Virus record (IMG/VR): IMGVR_UViG_3300021431_000089
Location: 1 to 64,000 of that record
Length of the DNA: 64,000 bases
Direction: 5' to 3' (one strand)
Origin: a virus
Lineage: Duplodnaviria; Caudoviricetes
The notes below the pieces were generated by a model, which did no database searches, was not told the origin of the DNA, and was given only the letters and a program-made list of their open reading frames with translations. The position numbers and the translations under genes are program-made. Positions 1-9,787 of this stretch are shown here, piece after piece (position 1 is the first letter of the stretch; every line of letters begins with the position of its first letter).

Positions 1-94
1 GGCTAGGATCGGTCTCCGATCGGCTGGGCTGGGTCTCCGATCGGCTGGGCTGGGATCGTCCCAGCTGGGCTAGGATCGGTCTCCGATCGGCTGG
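1..94. repeat. GC-rich imperfect direct repeats
   Basis: GGTCTCCGATCGGCTGG at 11-27, 32-48 and 78-94; GGCTAGGATCGGTCTCCGATCGGCTGG at 1-27 and 68-94; may continue left of the window. Confidence 0.9.
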
Positions 95-95
95 A

Positions 96-184
96 AAAAT
101 GGAAAGATGCTGCGGAAAGCGCCAAAATGGAAAGATGCTGCGGAAAGCGCCAAAATAAGCCAAAATGGAAAGATGCTGCGGAAA
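96..184. repeat. 28-bp tandem repeat, about 3 copies
   Basis: AAAATGGAAAGATGCTGCGGAAAGCGCC at 96-123 and 124-151; partial copy at 162-184. Confidence 0.9.
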
Positions 185-216
185 AGAAAAAGACGGTTTT
201 TTAACCGTCTTTTCTT
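182..216 (-). terminator. Intrinsic terminator of ORF 220-1887 (possibly bidirectional)
   Basis: AAAAGACGGTT-N4-AACCGTCTTTT hairpin flanked by A/T tracts, right after the stop codon. Confidence 0.75.
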
Positions 217-219
217 CAA

Positions 220-1887
220 TTAGTGTTTGTGTTTTCTTTCCATCGTCTGCTGTCTATACTCGGCTTTTGTGGAAAGACGTTTTGCAATGCGTTTTCTGCC
301 TTCTGCGCATTCCGTGATATTTTTCTGCATACGTGCGAATGATACAGCTTTCCAATAGTTAGCGCTATAGTCAGTAGTCCATGACATATCAACATTTTCG
401 GCTTTTGTATAAGCTATAGGTTTATCGCCTACACTACATGGAATTTCATTCAATCTGTACTCATGCCCGTTCATGATGTATACATCATGTTCTGTGTTCA
501 TATGAACTTTATTCATAATCGGCAATAATGCGTTATTCCATGCGTCTTCTTTTGAAATTGATTCTTTCGGAATGATAACAGATTCTTTTCTGCTCTTTTC
601 TGCCTTCCGTTTCTGATAGTCATGGAAACCTTTGTTCACTGCCTGTTCTTCTTTGCGGTCGGTTTCATCGTCATAAGTTGCCAATGATTCAAACCATCTA
701 TCAATAGTACTATCTAAATGCTTTTTGATATTGATTTTGATTTCTGTATCGCCGTCTTTAATGAGCATTCCGTCAAGTTTGAACAGCTTTTTCCGCATGC
801 CTTCTAACCTATCCCGAACAGATGAAACATCGATACCGAGAATGTCGGCCATGTCACGTTCGGAAATATCGCCGTCATATTGTGCAATGATATGTAATAC
901 ATCTTCTTGTCTATCGGTTAATCCGCAATTGTCGACAATCGTCTTAATGAACAATGTTTCTTCTACAGATTCATTTTCTTTCATGTTTGCGTACTTTGCA
1001 GATTTTACATAGATTTTCTTTTTTGTTTCCTCGTCTTCAAACGATACATAGGTGAAACCATTTTCCAATGCTTTAACGCTTGCATGGCTATCAATTGTTT
1101 CTCTGCCTACTGTAAACGCTGTTTTCAGGTATCTTTCCGAGACTGATTTATATGTAACCTTTTCCCCCTGTTTTAATACTCTTTTTACCGGCACTGTGAA
1201 CGTATGTTCTGCGAACAGGTCAAGAATACCGTTGTTCTCTTTTGTATATTCCATAAGAGCGCAACTGATAGCCACAAAGATTTCAGAACTATCTAAATTG
1301 TCATGTTTGGATTTTGTGTATTCTTTCAAGATTCTGTCTAATTCTTCAAAGTGAATGATACGTTCCTTTTTCGGCCGTCCCTTCTTGTCGTAATCACACG
1401 AACGTGCATACAGTTTGGCGATCTCAAGAGCGTTATAGCATTTACGATAATGTGTGTATTCTGCACACAATTTAATCAGCAGTTTGACATGATCTTCTTT
1501 ACCATCTTTTTGATTTTGCGCAATACGTGAGCTGTAACCGGCACATGTGAGCATATCGGCAATATTACCGAGTGCTAACCCTCGCAGATATTCATCTGAA
1601 GATGTATTGAAGATTGTTTGATAGTGTTTAATCTTTTCTTCAAAGAGTGTGACACTGTCTTTTCTTTTCTGCTCTCTGTCTGCTGTCATCTTAGCTGTGA
1701 GCATGACAGCGTTTTCGGATCGTCCCAGCTGGGTAGCAAAGAATGTAGTTTCGACAGGAACGGTTTTAACCGTTCCATCGTCTCCGATGGTAGTGTGATT
1801 CTGCTGTGATGTGAATGTGTGGAAACCTTCAGACGAAAGTTTCTCTGCGGAATGAATAGCCATTCCATGGATTTTTGTTTTACTCAT
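220..1887 (-). CDS. Hypothetical protein with sigma70-region-4/LuxR-like HTH
   Basis: 555-aa ORF; LTDRQEDVL...ISERDMADILGIDVSSVRDRLEGMRKKL is HTH-like; AAGGA RBS upstream. Confidence 0.6.
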   Translation of the reverse strand: MSKTKIHGMAIHSAEKLSSEGFHTFTSQQNHTTIGDDGTVKTVPVETTFFATQLGRSENAVMLTAKMTADREQKRKDSVTLFEEKIKHYQTIFNTSSDEYLRGLALGNIADMLTCAGYSSRIAQNQKDGKEDHVKLLIKLCAEYTHYRKCYNALEIAKLYARSCDYDKKGRPKKERIIHFEELDRILKEYTKSKHDNLDSSEIFVAISCALMEYTKENNGILDLFAEHTFTVPVKRVLKQGEKVTYKSVSERYLKTAFTVGRETIDSHASVKALENGFTYVSFEDEETKKKIYVKSAKYANMKENESVEETLFIKTIVDNCGLTDRQEDVLHIIAQYDGDISERDMADILGIDVSSVRDRLEGMRKKLFKLDGMLIKDGDTEIKINIKKHLDSTIDRWFESLATYDDETDRKEEQAVNKGFHDYQKRKAEKSRKESVIIPKESISKEDAWNNALLPIMNKVHMNTEHDVYIMNGHEYRLNEIPCSVGDKPIAYTKAENVDMSWTTDYSANYWKAVSFARMQKNITECAEGRKRIAKRLSTKAEYRQQTMERKHKH

Positions 1888-2844
1888 TTTCTTTTCCTTT
1901 CTTGCCGGATTTTTCCGACAGGAAAATTATATCAGACATTCATCTGTTAAAACAGTCTAAGTTCATTTTCTATCCTTATGTACATGGGGCTATTTTTGGG
2001 ATGTAACCGACAACAGGAGCACACCCACAGCTCTAGGCGTTTCATCTCACTGCCAGCAACAAAAATCCGCATAAAATGCCGCCTTTCCCAGCATTTAGCC
2101 AATCCATGCAATGTGCAGATTAATTATTTCCCAAAATTTATTTCCCAAAGAATTCCAGAAAACTGAACATAAACTTAGAGGCTCACCAAGCCCCTATTTC
2201 CAGCATTTCCGGCAACGTTTACCGGCATGCATATTTCCTCACGCTTTCATTGGTTGACACTTTCTCGGACAGGCGCGGTGAGCCGTCCATTCACAGACTT
2301 TTGATTTCTGGAAAATATAAAAAGAAATAAATAAATATACGCAGAAACAAAAGAATCCTGATCAAAACTAGGAAACGAAACCATGGCGGCTGATCTGAAC
2401 TCCGACCGAGACAGAAGCAACAAGGGGATCACAGAGATCCCCCAGCTGATAATGGAAATAACTTCGGCCAATGAATACAGTCTAACTAGAGCGAAGCGCT
2501 GGCTCCGGCAATGCAGGCGACCCAAATCCGCAAAACATGCTGCCCATCAGGGGAACGTGCGACGCACCGCCTTATATATGTCCTTTAAGGCGAATGTCGA
2601 TTTTTGTCAGGCGTGGCCTGGGTTTTTTGAATCCGGTTACGCACCAAAAGGTACATAAATCCATTTTTACCCCCTCTTCCACTGAACAAAACATGCATGC
2701 ATCCGGTATTTCTTCTTTGCCAACTCATGAATATCTGATATAATTCTAGTGGAAACAGATAATCCATATGCACCCTGAGAACCAAGGCCGGCGGCAGCTT
2801 CGCACCGGAGCGGTTCTCTTTGTGCAGATCTGTAAGGAGGAAAG

Positions 2845-4209
2845 ATGATCAGAGTCTGCGACGCGATTATGGGGAGCGGTAAGACCGAGAGCGCCATTAC
2901 GTACATTAACGAACACCCGGATAAGAAGTTCATTTACATCACCCCCTATCTCGATGAGGCGAACCGTATTAAACGTGGGTGCCCGGATGCGAAGTTTGTT
3001 GAACCTTCAGCCAAACTGAAGAAGACGAAGTTCAAGAAGCTGGAACATATCGCCAGCCTTATTAAACAAGGCAGGAATATCACCAGTACCCATGCGGCCT
3101 TCCGCAGGTATACTCAGGCGATGCTCCGCGATATCCGCACCCAGGGCTACACACTGATCATCGATGAGGCGGTGGATGTGCTGGACGAAATCGAAGTAAA
3201 CAACTGGGATATTCAGATCCTCGTGGCAGGTGGGTATCTGAAGAACAACCGCGGCGACCTTACTATGGATGGGTGCAAGGAAATACCTGAAGACGTCACC
3301 GAGGGTAAAGGAGTTAAGAGCCGTATGTTTGATCTTGTTACAGCCATCCAGAACAGACGGGCAGCCACCCTTCTTGACGATGGAAAGCATGTACTTATCT
3401 GGCAGCTTCCGACGAATTTCGTAACCGCATTTGCGGACGTCATTATCATGACCTATATGATCGAGGGTCAGGAGCTTGGCGGGTACCTAAAGGCGAATGG
3501 TCTTGAATATGAAAAGATCGGGGTTGTCAGATGTGATGACGGCGCATACCGTTTTGGAAAGTATAACGAGTACATCCCTGAATATGTGTACGATCTCCCC
3601 AATAAGATTCATATCCTCGGCCATACAAGACTGAATGCGATCGGAAGGCGGCAGACAGCTCTGTCAATGGCCTGGTTCCAGAATGAAGACAATCGTGCCG
3701 AACTGCGGCGTCATCTGGAAAATCTCAAGACTAATATCTGGCGGGCGGACTGCGGGCCGGGCAAATTCATGTGGAGTTCGTTTAAGGCTCAGGATGGACT
3801 GTCCCGGCGCAAGGGCTTTAAGAAGTCGTTCCTTGTCTTCAACGCACGGGCGACAAACGATTACCGCGATAAAGATCATCTGGCCTATCTGGCAAATATT
3901 TATCTGAATGTCGGCCATAAGATCCTGTTTAAACGGCGCGGCGCTCCCATTGATGAGGATGCTTACGCGCTGTCCACGATGATCCAGTGGATATGGCGTT
4001 CGGCCATTCGTGACGGAAAAGAGATATGGGTCTACGTGCCGAGCAACAGAATGCGGCGCCTCTTTACAAATTGGATTGCGGAAGTGTCTAAGGGAGGTGT
4101 TGCGCATTGCACACAAAATGCGACAAGTGTTGCTACGGCGGAGTGTGCTGCTCCGGTAAGGCCGCAGATGAGCCATTCGAATGTGAGTACTTTATCTCCA
4201 TCAGCGTGA
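2845..4209 (+). CDS. SF2 (DEAD-like) helicase/ATPase
   Basis: Walker A MGSGKT, Walker B LIIDEA, motif VI-like QWIWRSAIR; AAGGAGG RBS. Confidence 0.8.
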   Translation: MIRVCDAIMGSGKTESAITYINEHPDKKFIYITPYLDEANRIKRGCPDAKFVEPSAKLKKTKFKKLEHIASLIKQGRNITSTHAAFRRYTQAMLRDIRTQGYTLIIDEAVDVLDEIEVNNWDIQILVAGGYLKNNRGDLTMDGCKEIPEDVTEGKGVKSRMFDLVTAIQNRRAATLLDDGKHVLIWQLPTNFVTAFADVIIMTYMIEGQELGGYLKANGLEYEKIGVVRCDDGAYRFGKYNEYIPEYVYDLPNKIHILGHTRLNAIGRRQTALSMAWFQNEDNRAELRRHLENLKTNIWRADCGPGKFMWSSFKAQDGLSRRKGFKKSFLVFNARATNDYRDKDHLAYLANIYLNVGHKILFKRRGAPIDEDAYALSTMIQWIWRSAIRDGKEIWVYVPSNRMRRLFTNWIAEVSKGGVAHCTQNATSVATAECAAPVRPQMSHSNVSTLSPSA

Positions 4210-4316
4210 TGGATGAGTACGACATCAATGACCGGGCGTCACGCGGTGACTTCAATGTTTATAAAGAACAGTGGCAGATTTACATAGCAGACTATGAAGA
4301 CGGCAATTTCGTCTGA
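4107..4316 (+). CDS. Small Cys-rich hypothetical protein
   Basis: TTG start after GGGAGG; CxxC..C..C pattern; overlaps the helicase tail. Confidence 0.55.
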   Translation: MHTKCDKCCYGGVCCSGKAADEPFECEYFISISVMDEYDINDRASRGDFNVYKEQWQIYIADYEDGNFV

Positions 4317-4328
4317 GGAGGTACGCTT

Positions 4329-4802
4329 ATAAAGATTATTGATTTTGAAAAGAAAGGCAATCTGTTCCGGCTGTTCCTCGGTGCCGATGATTGCAATGAT
4401 TACTGGGGAGATGATTGGGATGATCATCCTTATGAGAGTAATGCGGGCGAAGTGTATGACAGATATGTTAAGGCAATAGCTTATGTTGTCATGGCATGGG
4501 CTGGCGGAGTAGTCGAGCCCGCCGACCAGTGGAGCTGGTATGGACATTCGGGCTTCAGTAAAGAGGACTTTAAAAATGGGGCGTCACCATGTCTCCTCGC
4601 TGTCAGTCCGAAGACGACAGAATCGTACTGGGATCTGAGTGAGTTCACACGGCTCGTCGGTGATAAAAATGTATTGAAGATTTATTACGGACAGCCATGG
4701 GACGAGGCATTCGTCCGGGCGTTGGAAGACGCGGGATGCTTGATACTCGGCGTGGAGGACAGTAACCCGGACGCGCCGGAACGGATGGAGCCGAATGAGT
4801 AA
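4329..4802 (+). CDS. Hypothetical phage protein with an apparent ATA start
   Basis: The frame of ORF 4452-4802 is open back to ATA at 4329, 7 nt after GAGGAGG; the extension reads IKIIDFEKKGNLFRLFLG..DYWGDDWDD. Confidence 0.7.
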   Translation: MKIIDFEKKGNLFRLFLGADDCNDYWGDDWDDHPYESNAGEVYDRYVKAIAYVVMAWAGGVVEPADQWSWYGHSGFSKEDFKNGASPCLLAVSPKTTESYWDLSEFTRLVGDKNVLKIYYGQPWDEAFVRALEDAGCLILGVEDSNPDAPERMEPNE

Positions 4803-7569
4803 ACAGCTTAGCTGTCAGAAGTTCATCTACAAGATCCACAGCTCCAGACTTCGGAAAGAGCGTTGGAAACTGACCTTGCCTATCAGTGAGGCACGCCGGA
4901 ATGAAGAGGTCATATCGTTGGCCGACAGTCAGATCCTTCGATGGATCGATGAGCTGAACGGTGTGACCGATGGTGATTTGCGTGCCCGCCGTATAAAACG
5001 GGAAATAAAACAGATCCGCCTTCAGCCATATTCCACTGAGAATCGGCGCAGAATTAAAAAGCTGTACGAAGAATTGGACAGCGTTCAGTTCAAGCCTGAT
5101 TATATGTGCCTTATCATCGATAAAGAAAAGGATTACTACAGGGCGTGCCGGGGCTTTTCCATAAACGGTATCAGATACGTTAGACTCCTTGGCACCAATG
5201 GCGGAATCAAGAACTCCACGATTGTGTTTGTCAGTGAAAGGCTGGCACCTGAACTGAGACGCAGAATCGAGAACGGCCGCAATCAGGATAAGCCGATTGT
5301 CACTGCAAAACTTGAGGCGTATAAGGCTCTCACCTGCAGTGCATCCAATCCTGTCAGCATGCCGAGCGGTGTCCTCGTCGTAGGCGATGTCGAAACAACA
5401 TTCAAGGATGATATCTTCTATCTGTCCAATGAGGGCGGTGGTGAGCCTAAGATGGAATACGTCAATGGCTACGATGTGACGCTTGACGCATGCGATGGAT
5501 TTGGAATCATGCTCCCCTCCCTGGCAAAACGATGGAGCCGGGAACTTGGCCTTGATTATGTTACATCAGGAGTTAATACACGCTTTTGCTGGGAAAAGGG
5601 CATGGTCTATACGTTCGACTATCTCGACTTCGCCAACAAGGTGGGCGGCAAGTATATCGTCAAGGACGCGTGGGGCGATGATGTCGACATTCGGTTCACA
5701 GAACTGATCCTCACAACTTCCATGGTTAAGCTGTGGGACAGTTATGACAGCTGTGCAGATTACGTACAGAACTGCATCGACAATCATTACACATTCGGGA
5801 TCGCTAAAGTCTGCCCGGAACAACTGGAGAATGAACACACGACTAATTATCAGTTCATTCAACCGCAGTTGCTCGATGAGAATGACATTGATGAACTGAT
5901 TGCCCCAACGATGAACGAGATCACCGATGTGCTTGGCGGTGACTGGCGCAAGACGTTGCTGTTCCTGCGTGGGGAACATCTGACCGACAATGGTATGCGC
6001 AATGCGGTTAACGACTACATTAAAGCAATCTCCATCAACCCAAGGATGATGGAAGATCCGTACGTCAGAAACGGAGTATATCAACTGATCAAGGGCAGGA
6101 TCAATGAGGCTAAGGTCGGCGTGCTCAAAGTACACGGTAATTATTCTATCGTGTCTGGCGATCCATATTTACTGTGTGAGCACATCTTCGGGCTGGAACC
6201 GCATGGACTGTTAAAGGCTGGGGAGATTTACAACAAGTACTGGGCGGATGCCGGATCGGAGGCGGTGCTGTGTTTCCGGGCTCCGATGTCATGCGCGAAT
6301 AACATCAGGAAACTTGCGCCTGTGCGAAGCAAGGAGGCTTTGTATTGGTATCAGTACATGCCGACAGCAACGATCCTTAATGGGTGGGACACGACCTGTG
6401 CCGCTCTGAACGGAATGGATTTTGATGGTGATTTAGTCTTCCTGACAGATAACGAAGTGATGCTTCGGAAATACGTTCACCACCCTACGCTTGTATGCGC
6501 ACAGCGCCGGGCTGAGAAATGCATCCCTACCGAAGAGGACTTCATCAGAACAAATATTAACAGCTTCGGAAACGACATCGGGCAGATCACCAATCGTGTA
6601 ACGTCTATGTATGATGTCCGGGCTCAGTATGAACCTGACTCCGAAGAGTACAAAGTGCTTTCCTATAGGATACAGTCAGGCCAGCAATATCAGCAGGATG
6701 AAATCGACAAATCAAAAGGCATCATCTCGCACCCGATGCCGCGAAGCTGGTATGACCGTCATCAGGTATATAAGATTGAAGATGACGGCAAACGGAATCT
6801 CTATCGTGCTGTTGTCGCTGATAAGAAGCCGTACTTCATGAGGTATATCTACCCCGACCTCATGAATCAATACAATACATACATTAAAAATACAGATCGC
6901 AAATCGCTGCGTGAATTTGGAATGAAGGTTTCCGATTTGAAACAGATTCCGAAGGATGAACTCACGGAGCGTCAGGCTGAGTTCATTCATTACTTCGATC
7001 TTCGCATGCCAGTTGGTGTTAATGACTCGGTGATGAATATCATCTGTCGAAAGTTTGAACAGAGGTTCGACCACCTTCTTGCTCAGCAGTCATCCGCTCA
7101 GAAGTTTGATTATTCAATTATGAAGAGCGGACACCCATACGCCATGCGTCGGTTCGGAGATGTAGAACGGCTTTACAAAGAATACAGCCATCGTCTCCAG
7201 AAGTATACGATGGCGGCTCGACGTGATCGTATTGACCGCCAGTCAATGAATGCAACCATTGAATCTCTGCATGAGGAGTTCAGGGCTGAGTGTGACATTG
7301 TCTGTCCAAATGCCGCCGAGCTGTGTGACATGCTGTTAGATTTATGCTACAGGCGGTCTACGACCAAGCGCTTTGTATGGGCGCTGTGCGGTGATGAGAT
7401 CATCGCCAACATGCTGAACAATTGTAATAATACAATCTCCTACCCTGTAGAAGATGAATACGGAGATGTCTGCTATAACGGCAAACGGTTCTCCGTGCGC
7501 ACCATAGATGGAACGCTCATTGAAGATGATGGAAAGGAGGTTGTCGAAGATGAGTTTAGTAATGAATGA
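4795..7569 (+). CDS. YonO-like single-subunit (two-barrel, RdRP-related) DNA-dependent RNA polymerase
   Basis: 924 aa; catalytic NGMDFDGD; upstream FRAP and DGFG motifs; lies ahead of the structural operon as in SPbeta. Confidence 0.88.
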   Translation: MSKQLSCQKFIYKIHSSRLRKERWKLTLPISEARRNEEVISLADSQILRWIDELNGVTDGDLRARRIKREIKQIRLQPYSTENRRRIKKLYEELDSVQFKPDYMCLIIDKEKDYYRACRGFSINGIRYVRLLGTNGGIKNSTIVFVSERLAPELRRRIENGRNQDKPIVTAKLEAYKALTCSASNPVSMPSGVLVVGDVETTFKDDIFYLSNEGGGEPKMEYVNGYDVTLDACDGFGIMLPSLAKRWSRELGLDYVTSGVNTRFCWEKGMVYTFDYLDFANKVGGKYIVKDAWGDDVDIRFTELILTTSMVKLWDSYDSCADYVQNCIDNHYTFGIAKVCPEQLENEHTTNYQFIQPQLLDENDIDELIAPTMNEITDVLGGDWRKTLLFLRGEHLTDNGMRNAVNDYIKAISINPRMMEDPYVRNGVYQLIKGRINEAKVGVLKVHGNYSIVSGDPYLLCEHIFGLEPHGLLKAGEIYNKYWADAGSEAVLCFRAPMSCANNIRKLAPVRSKEALYWYQYMPTATILNGWDTTCAALNGMDFDGDLVFLTDNEVMLRKYVHHPTLVCAQRRAEKCIPTEEDFIRTNINSFGNDIGQITNRVTSMYDVRAQYEPDSEEYKVLSYRIQSGQQYQQDEIDKSKGIISHPMPRSWYDRHQVYKIEDDGKRNLYRAVVADKKPYFMRYIYPDLMNQYNTYIKNTDRKSLREFGMKVSDLKQIPKDELTERQAEFIHYFDLRMPVGVNDSVMNIICRKFEQRFDHLLAQQSSAQKFDYSIMKSGHPYAMRRFGDVERLYKEYSHRLQKYTMAARRDRIDRQSMNATIESLHEEFRAECDIVCPNAAELCDMLLDLCYRRSTTKRFVWALCGDEIIANMLNNCNNTISYPVEDEYGDVCYNGKRFSVRTIDGTLIEDDGKEVVEDEFSNE

Positions 7570-8314
7570 AAGCGAGTGGGCACGCGATATGATTCTCCGG
7601 CGTGACCTCGGAACAAAGAAATATGAAACGTTGACCAGAGTCGCGAGGTACTACCTCGAGTCTGGTTTTAGTAAGCGTGAGGTAAGAAGGCTTCTGGACG
7701 CATTCGTCCTTCAGTGCGACCCGGAAGCTTCTCTCCCGCTATATTCTGATATGCTCGACAGTGTGATGAAGTCAGCGCAGAAACGGAAGTCTGTAAATAT
7801 TGAATCGATCGGCATCACAGCTAAAGAGCTTGCCACGATCGCAACGTCAGATCAGCGGCAGTCACGCAGACTTGCGTTCGTGCTTCTGGTACTCGCAAAG
7901 TATTATGATATCGTTAAGCCGAATAACGATCACTGGGTCGGAACCAAGGATAGCGAGATTATGAAGATGGCTAACATCAGCACATCTATCAAACGGCAGA
8001 GTGCAATGTATAATCACCTGAATCAACTTGGATTGGTGCAGTTTTCCAAACAGGTCGACAACATCAGTACGAGGGTAACATTCGTCGATGATGGCGATCC
8101 GGTTCTGCTGATTACAGATTTGCGCAATCTCGGTTATCAGTACATGAAATACTGCGGAGACGATGGATACTTTGTCTGCGAAAACTGCGGTGTCACGGAA
8201 AAACGCCGGACAGTGCGCGGCCGCGCCCAGAAGTACTGCCTCGACTGTGCAACAAAAATAAGAACGAAGCAGAACGTTGACGCAGTAATGGCCGCCTACT
8301 ACAACAATCGTTAA
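7550..8314 (+). CDS. Hypothetical protein with C-terminal Zn ribbon, coupled to the RNAP gene
   Basis: AAGGAGG RBS before ATG 7550; CENCG...KYCLDC. Confidence 0.7.
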   Translation: MSLVMNESEWARDMILRRDLGTKKYETLTRVARYYLESGFSKREVRRLLDAFVLQCDPEASLPLYSDMLDSVMKSAQKRKSVNIESIGITAKELATIATSDQRQSRRLAFVLLVLAKYYDIVKPNNDHWVGTKDSEIMKMANISTSIKRQSAMYNHLNQLGLVQFSKQVDNISTRVTFVDDGDPVLLITDLRNLGYQYMKYCGDDGYFVCENCGVTEKRRTVRGRAQKYCLDCATKIRTKQNVDAVMAAYYNNR

Positions 8315-8387
8315 AGTCTATTTGGAAAAAATGGACTCACCAAACCCCGCAAAAAATGCGCGGTTACGGCACGTGTGATGTATTGCG

Positions 8388-8393
8388 TATAAT
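8388..8393 (+). promoter_or_regulatory. Candidate promoter element for the late operon
   Basis: TATAAT in the only sizeable intergenic gap before the structural operon; no good -35. Confidence 0.35.
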
Positions 8394-8468
8394 GATAGAT
8401 ACAGTAACGTTTTCTAATGTGGCGTTTACCTGTATCGGGATTATCAGATATATTATTTCCCTTCTGTT

Positions 8469-8501
8469 GGGGTGCCTGTCACCAAGGTGCCCCTATTTTT
8501 T
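8469..8501 (+). terminator. Intrinsic terminator-like hairpin
   Basis: GGGGTGCCT/AGGTGCCCC stem followed by TATTTTTT. Confidence 0.55.
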
Positions 8502-8530
8502 ATGGTGTGAGATAAAGGAGATTTGAGCGA

Positions 8531-9760
8531 ATGGATACAGATACAATGCTCGACAGGCGTGAAGGCGAATCGGATTTCGAATATCACAAAAGACTGATTA
8601 ATGCGAAGCTTGTCGATAAAACGCTCGACCTTGACTATGCGACGTTATCGCCGTATTTGTTCGGGAAGGCATATGCGCCGGATGTGGCGCGAAGGATGGC
8701 GTATGGTTCTGCCCGTACGCTTAAACTGCTGGAGGAAGATATGGAGCGTGCCGCTTCAGAAGATCCGGCAAACAAGCTGTTAAGCGAAATCGACATGAAA
8801 CAGATTGAGCTTCAGAAGGAACGTCAAAGATTCAGCGACCAGAGACGCGAATTCAATAAGCTCGTCTCTAAAGAAGGCCGCATGGAACATCTGTTTGAAC
8901 GGCTTACAACAGCAGCAGACAGACTTAACGAAACGGTTGGTCTTCTGTTTGGATCTGACCCCGAGATTTCGTCGTGCGGAAACGATGAAGCAGTACTTGT
9001 TTTGTCGGATTGGCACTATGGCCTTGTTGCAAACAACGTATTCAATGTTTACAACAAAGAGATTTGCGTTGAACGTGTTAAGGAAGTGGTAATGCGGGCA
9101 GCTGAACGTATCGCATTACACAACTGTTCAACTTTACATATTGTGTGCTTAGGAGATTTTTTTCATGGTGCATGCCACGTCGGCACCCGCGTAGCATCAG
9201 ACGAGCTGACATGTGACCAGATCATGCAGGTATCGGAAATCCTTGCGCAGACAATAAGTAAACTGTCCACGGTTGTCGATAAGACGTATGTTTATATGAC
9301 CTACGGCAATCATGGAAGAACAATTCAAAAGAAAGATGAATCCATCCACCGCGACAACATGGAACGACTGATCCCGTGGTGGATTAAAGAAAGATTATCC
9401 GATCACGCTGATATTGATGTTGTTGACGATAACGGAGACGAGTTTATCGTTTTATCTGTGGCGGGTCATGATATCGTCGCAGCGCATGGCGACATCGACA
9501 ATGTCAAGCAGGCCCCCAGACTTCTTGCCACGCTGTTTAGCAAGCGGTTTGGCAGGAACATAGAATATGTCATCCTTGGTGATAAACATCACAGGGAGAG
9601 CTTTGAGGAGCTCGGGGTGACATCCGTGATTTGCGGTTCTCTTTGTGGCGCAGACGACTATGCGAATGGGAAGAGATTGTATTCCACCCCTTCTCAGTTA
9701 CTGTTAGTAGTCAACCCGACACATGGTGTCGATGCCGAATATAGAATTGAATTACATTAA
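8531..9760 (+). CDS. Calcineurin-like metallophosphoesterase with N-terminal coiled coil
   Basis: SDWHYG, LGDFFHG, GNHGR, AHGD, GDKHH motifs. Confidence 0.85.
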   Translation: MDTDTMLDRREGESDFEYHKRLINAKLVDKTLDLDYATLSPYLFGKAYAPDVARRMAYGSARTLKLLEEDMERAASEDPANKLLSEIDMKQIELQKERQRFSDQRREFNKLVSKEGRMEHLFERLTTAADRLNETVGLLFGSDPEISSCGNDEAVLVLSDWHYGLVANNVFNVYNKEICVERVKEVVMRAAERIALHNCSTLHIVCLGDFFHGACHVGTRVASDELTCDQIMQVSEILAQTISKLSTVVDKTYVYMTYGNHGRTIQKKDESIHRDNMERLIPWWIKERLSDHADIDVVDDNGDEFIVLSVAGHDIVAAHGDIDNVKQAPRLLATLFSKRFGRNIEYVILGDKHHRESFEELGVTSVICGSLCGADDYANGKRLYSTPSQLLLVVNPTHGVDAEYRIELH

Positions 9761-9761
9761 C

Positions 9762-9783
9762 AGCAGGCTTCGGTCTGCTTTTT
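9762..9783 (+). terminator. Intrinsic terminator
   Basis: AGCAGGC-TTCG-GTCTGCT-TTTT. Confidence 0.7.
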
Positions 9784-9787
9784 ACAT

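Noticed and set aside
96-184. 28-bp repeats as a possible CRISPR array
   Set aside because: Copies are directly adjacent or separated by 10 bp; there are no unique 30-40 bp spacers and no cas genes.
1978-2933. Short ORFs in the divergent intergenic region
   Set aside because: Mutually overlapping, no good RBS, and non-protein-like composition.
4795-7569. RNA-dependent RNA polymerase / RNAi-like system
   Set aside because: In this SPbeta-like context the DFDGD protein is better explained as a YonO-type DNA-dependent RNAP; no Argonaute or Dicer-like genes are present.
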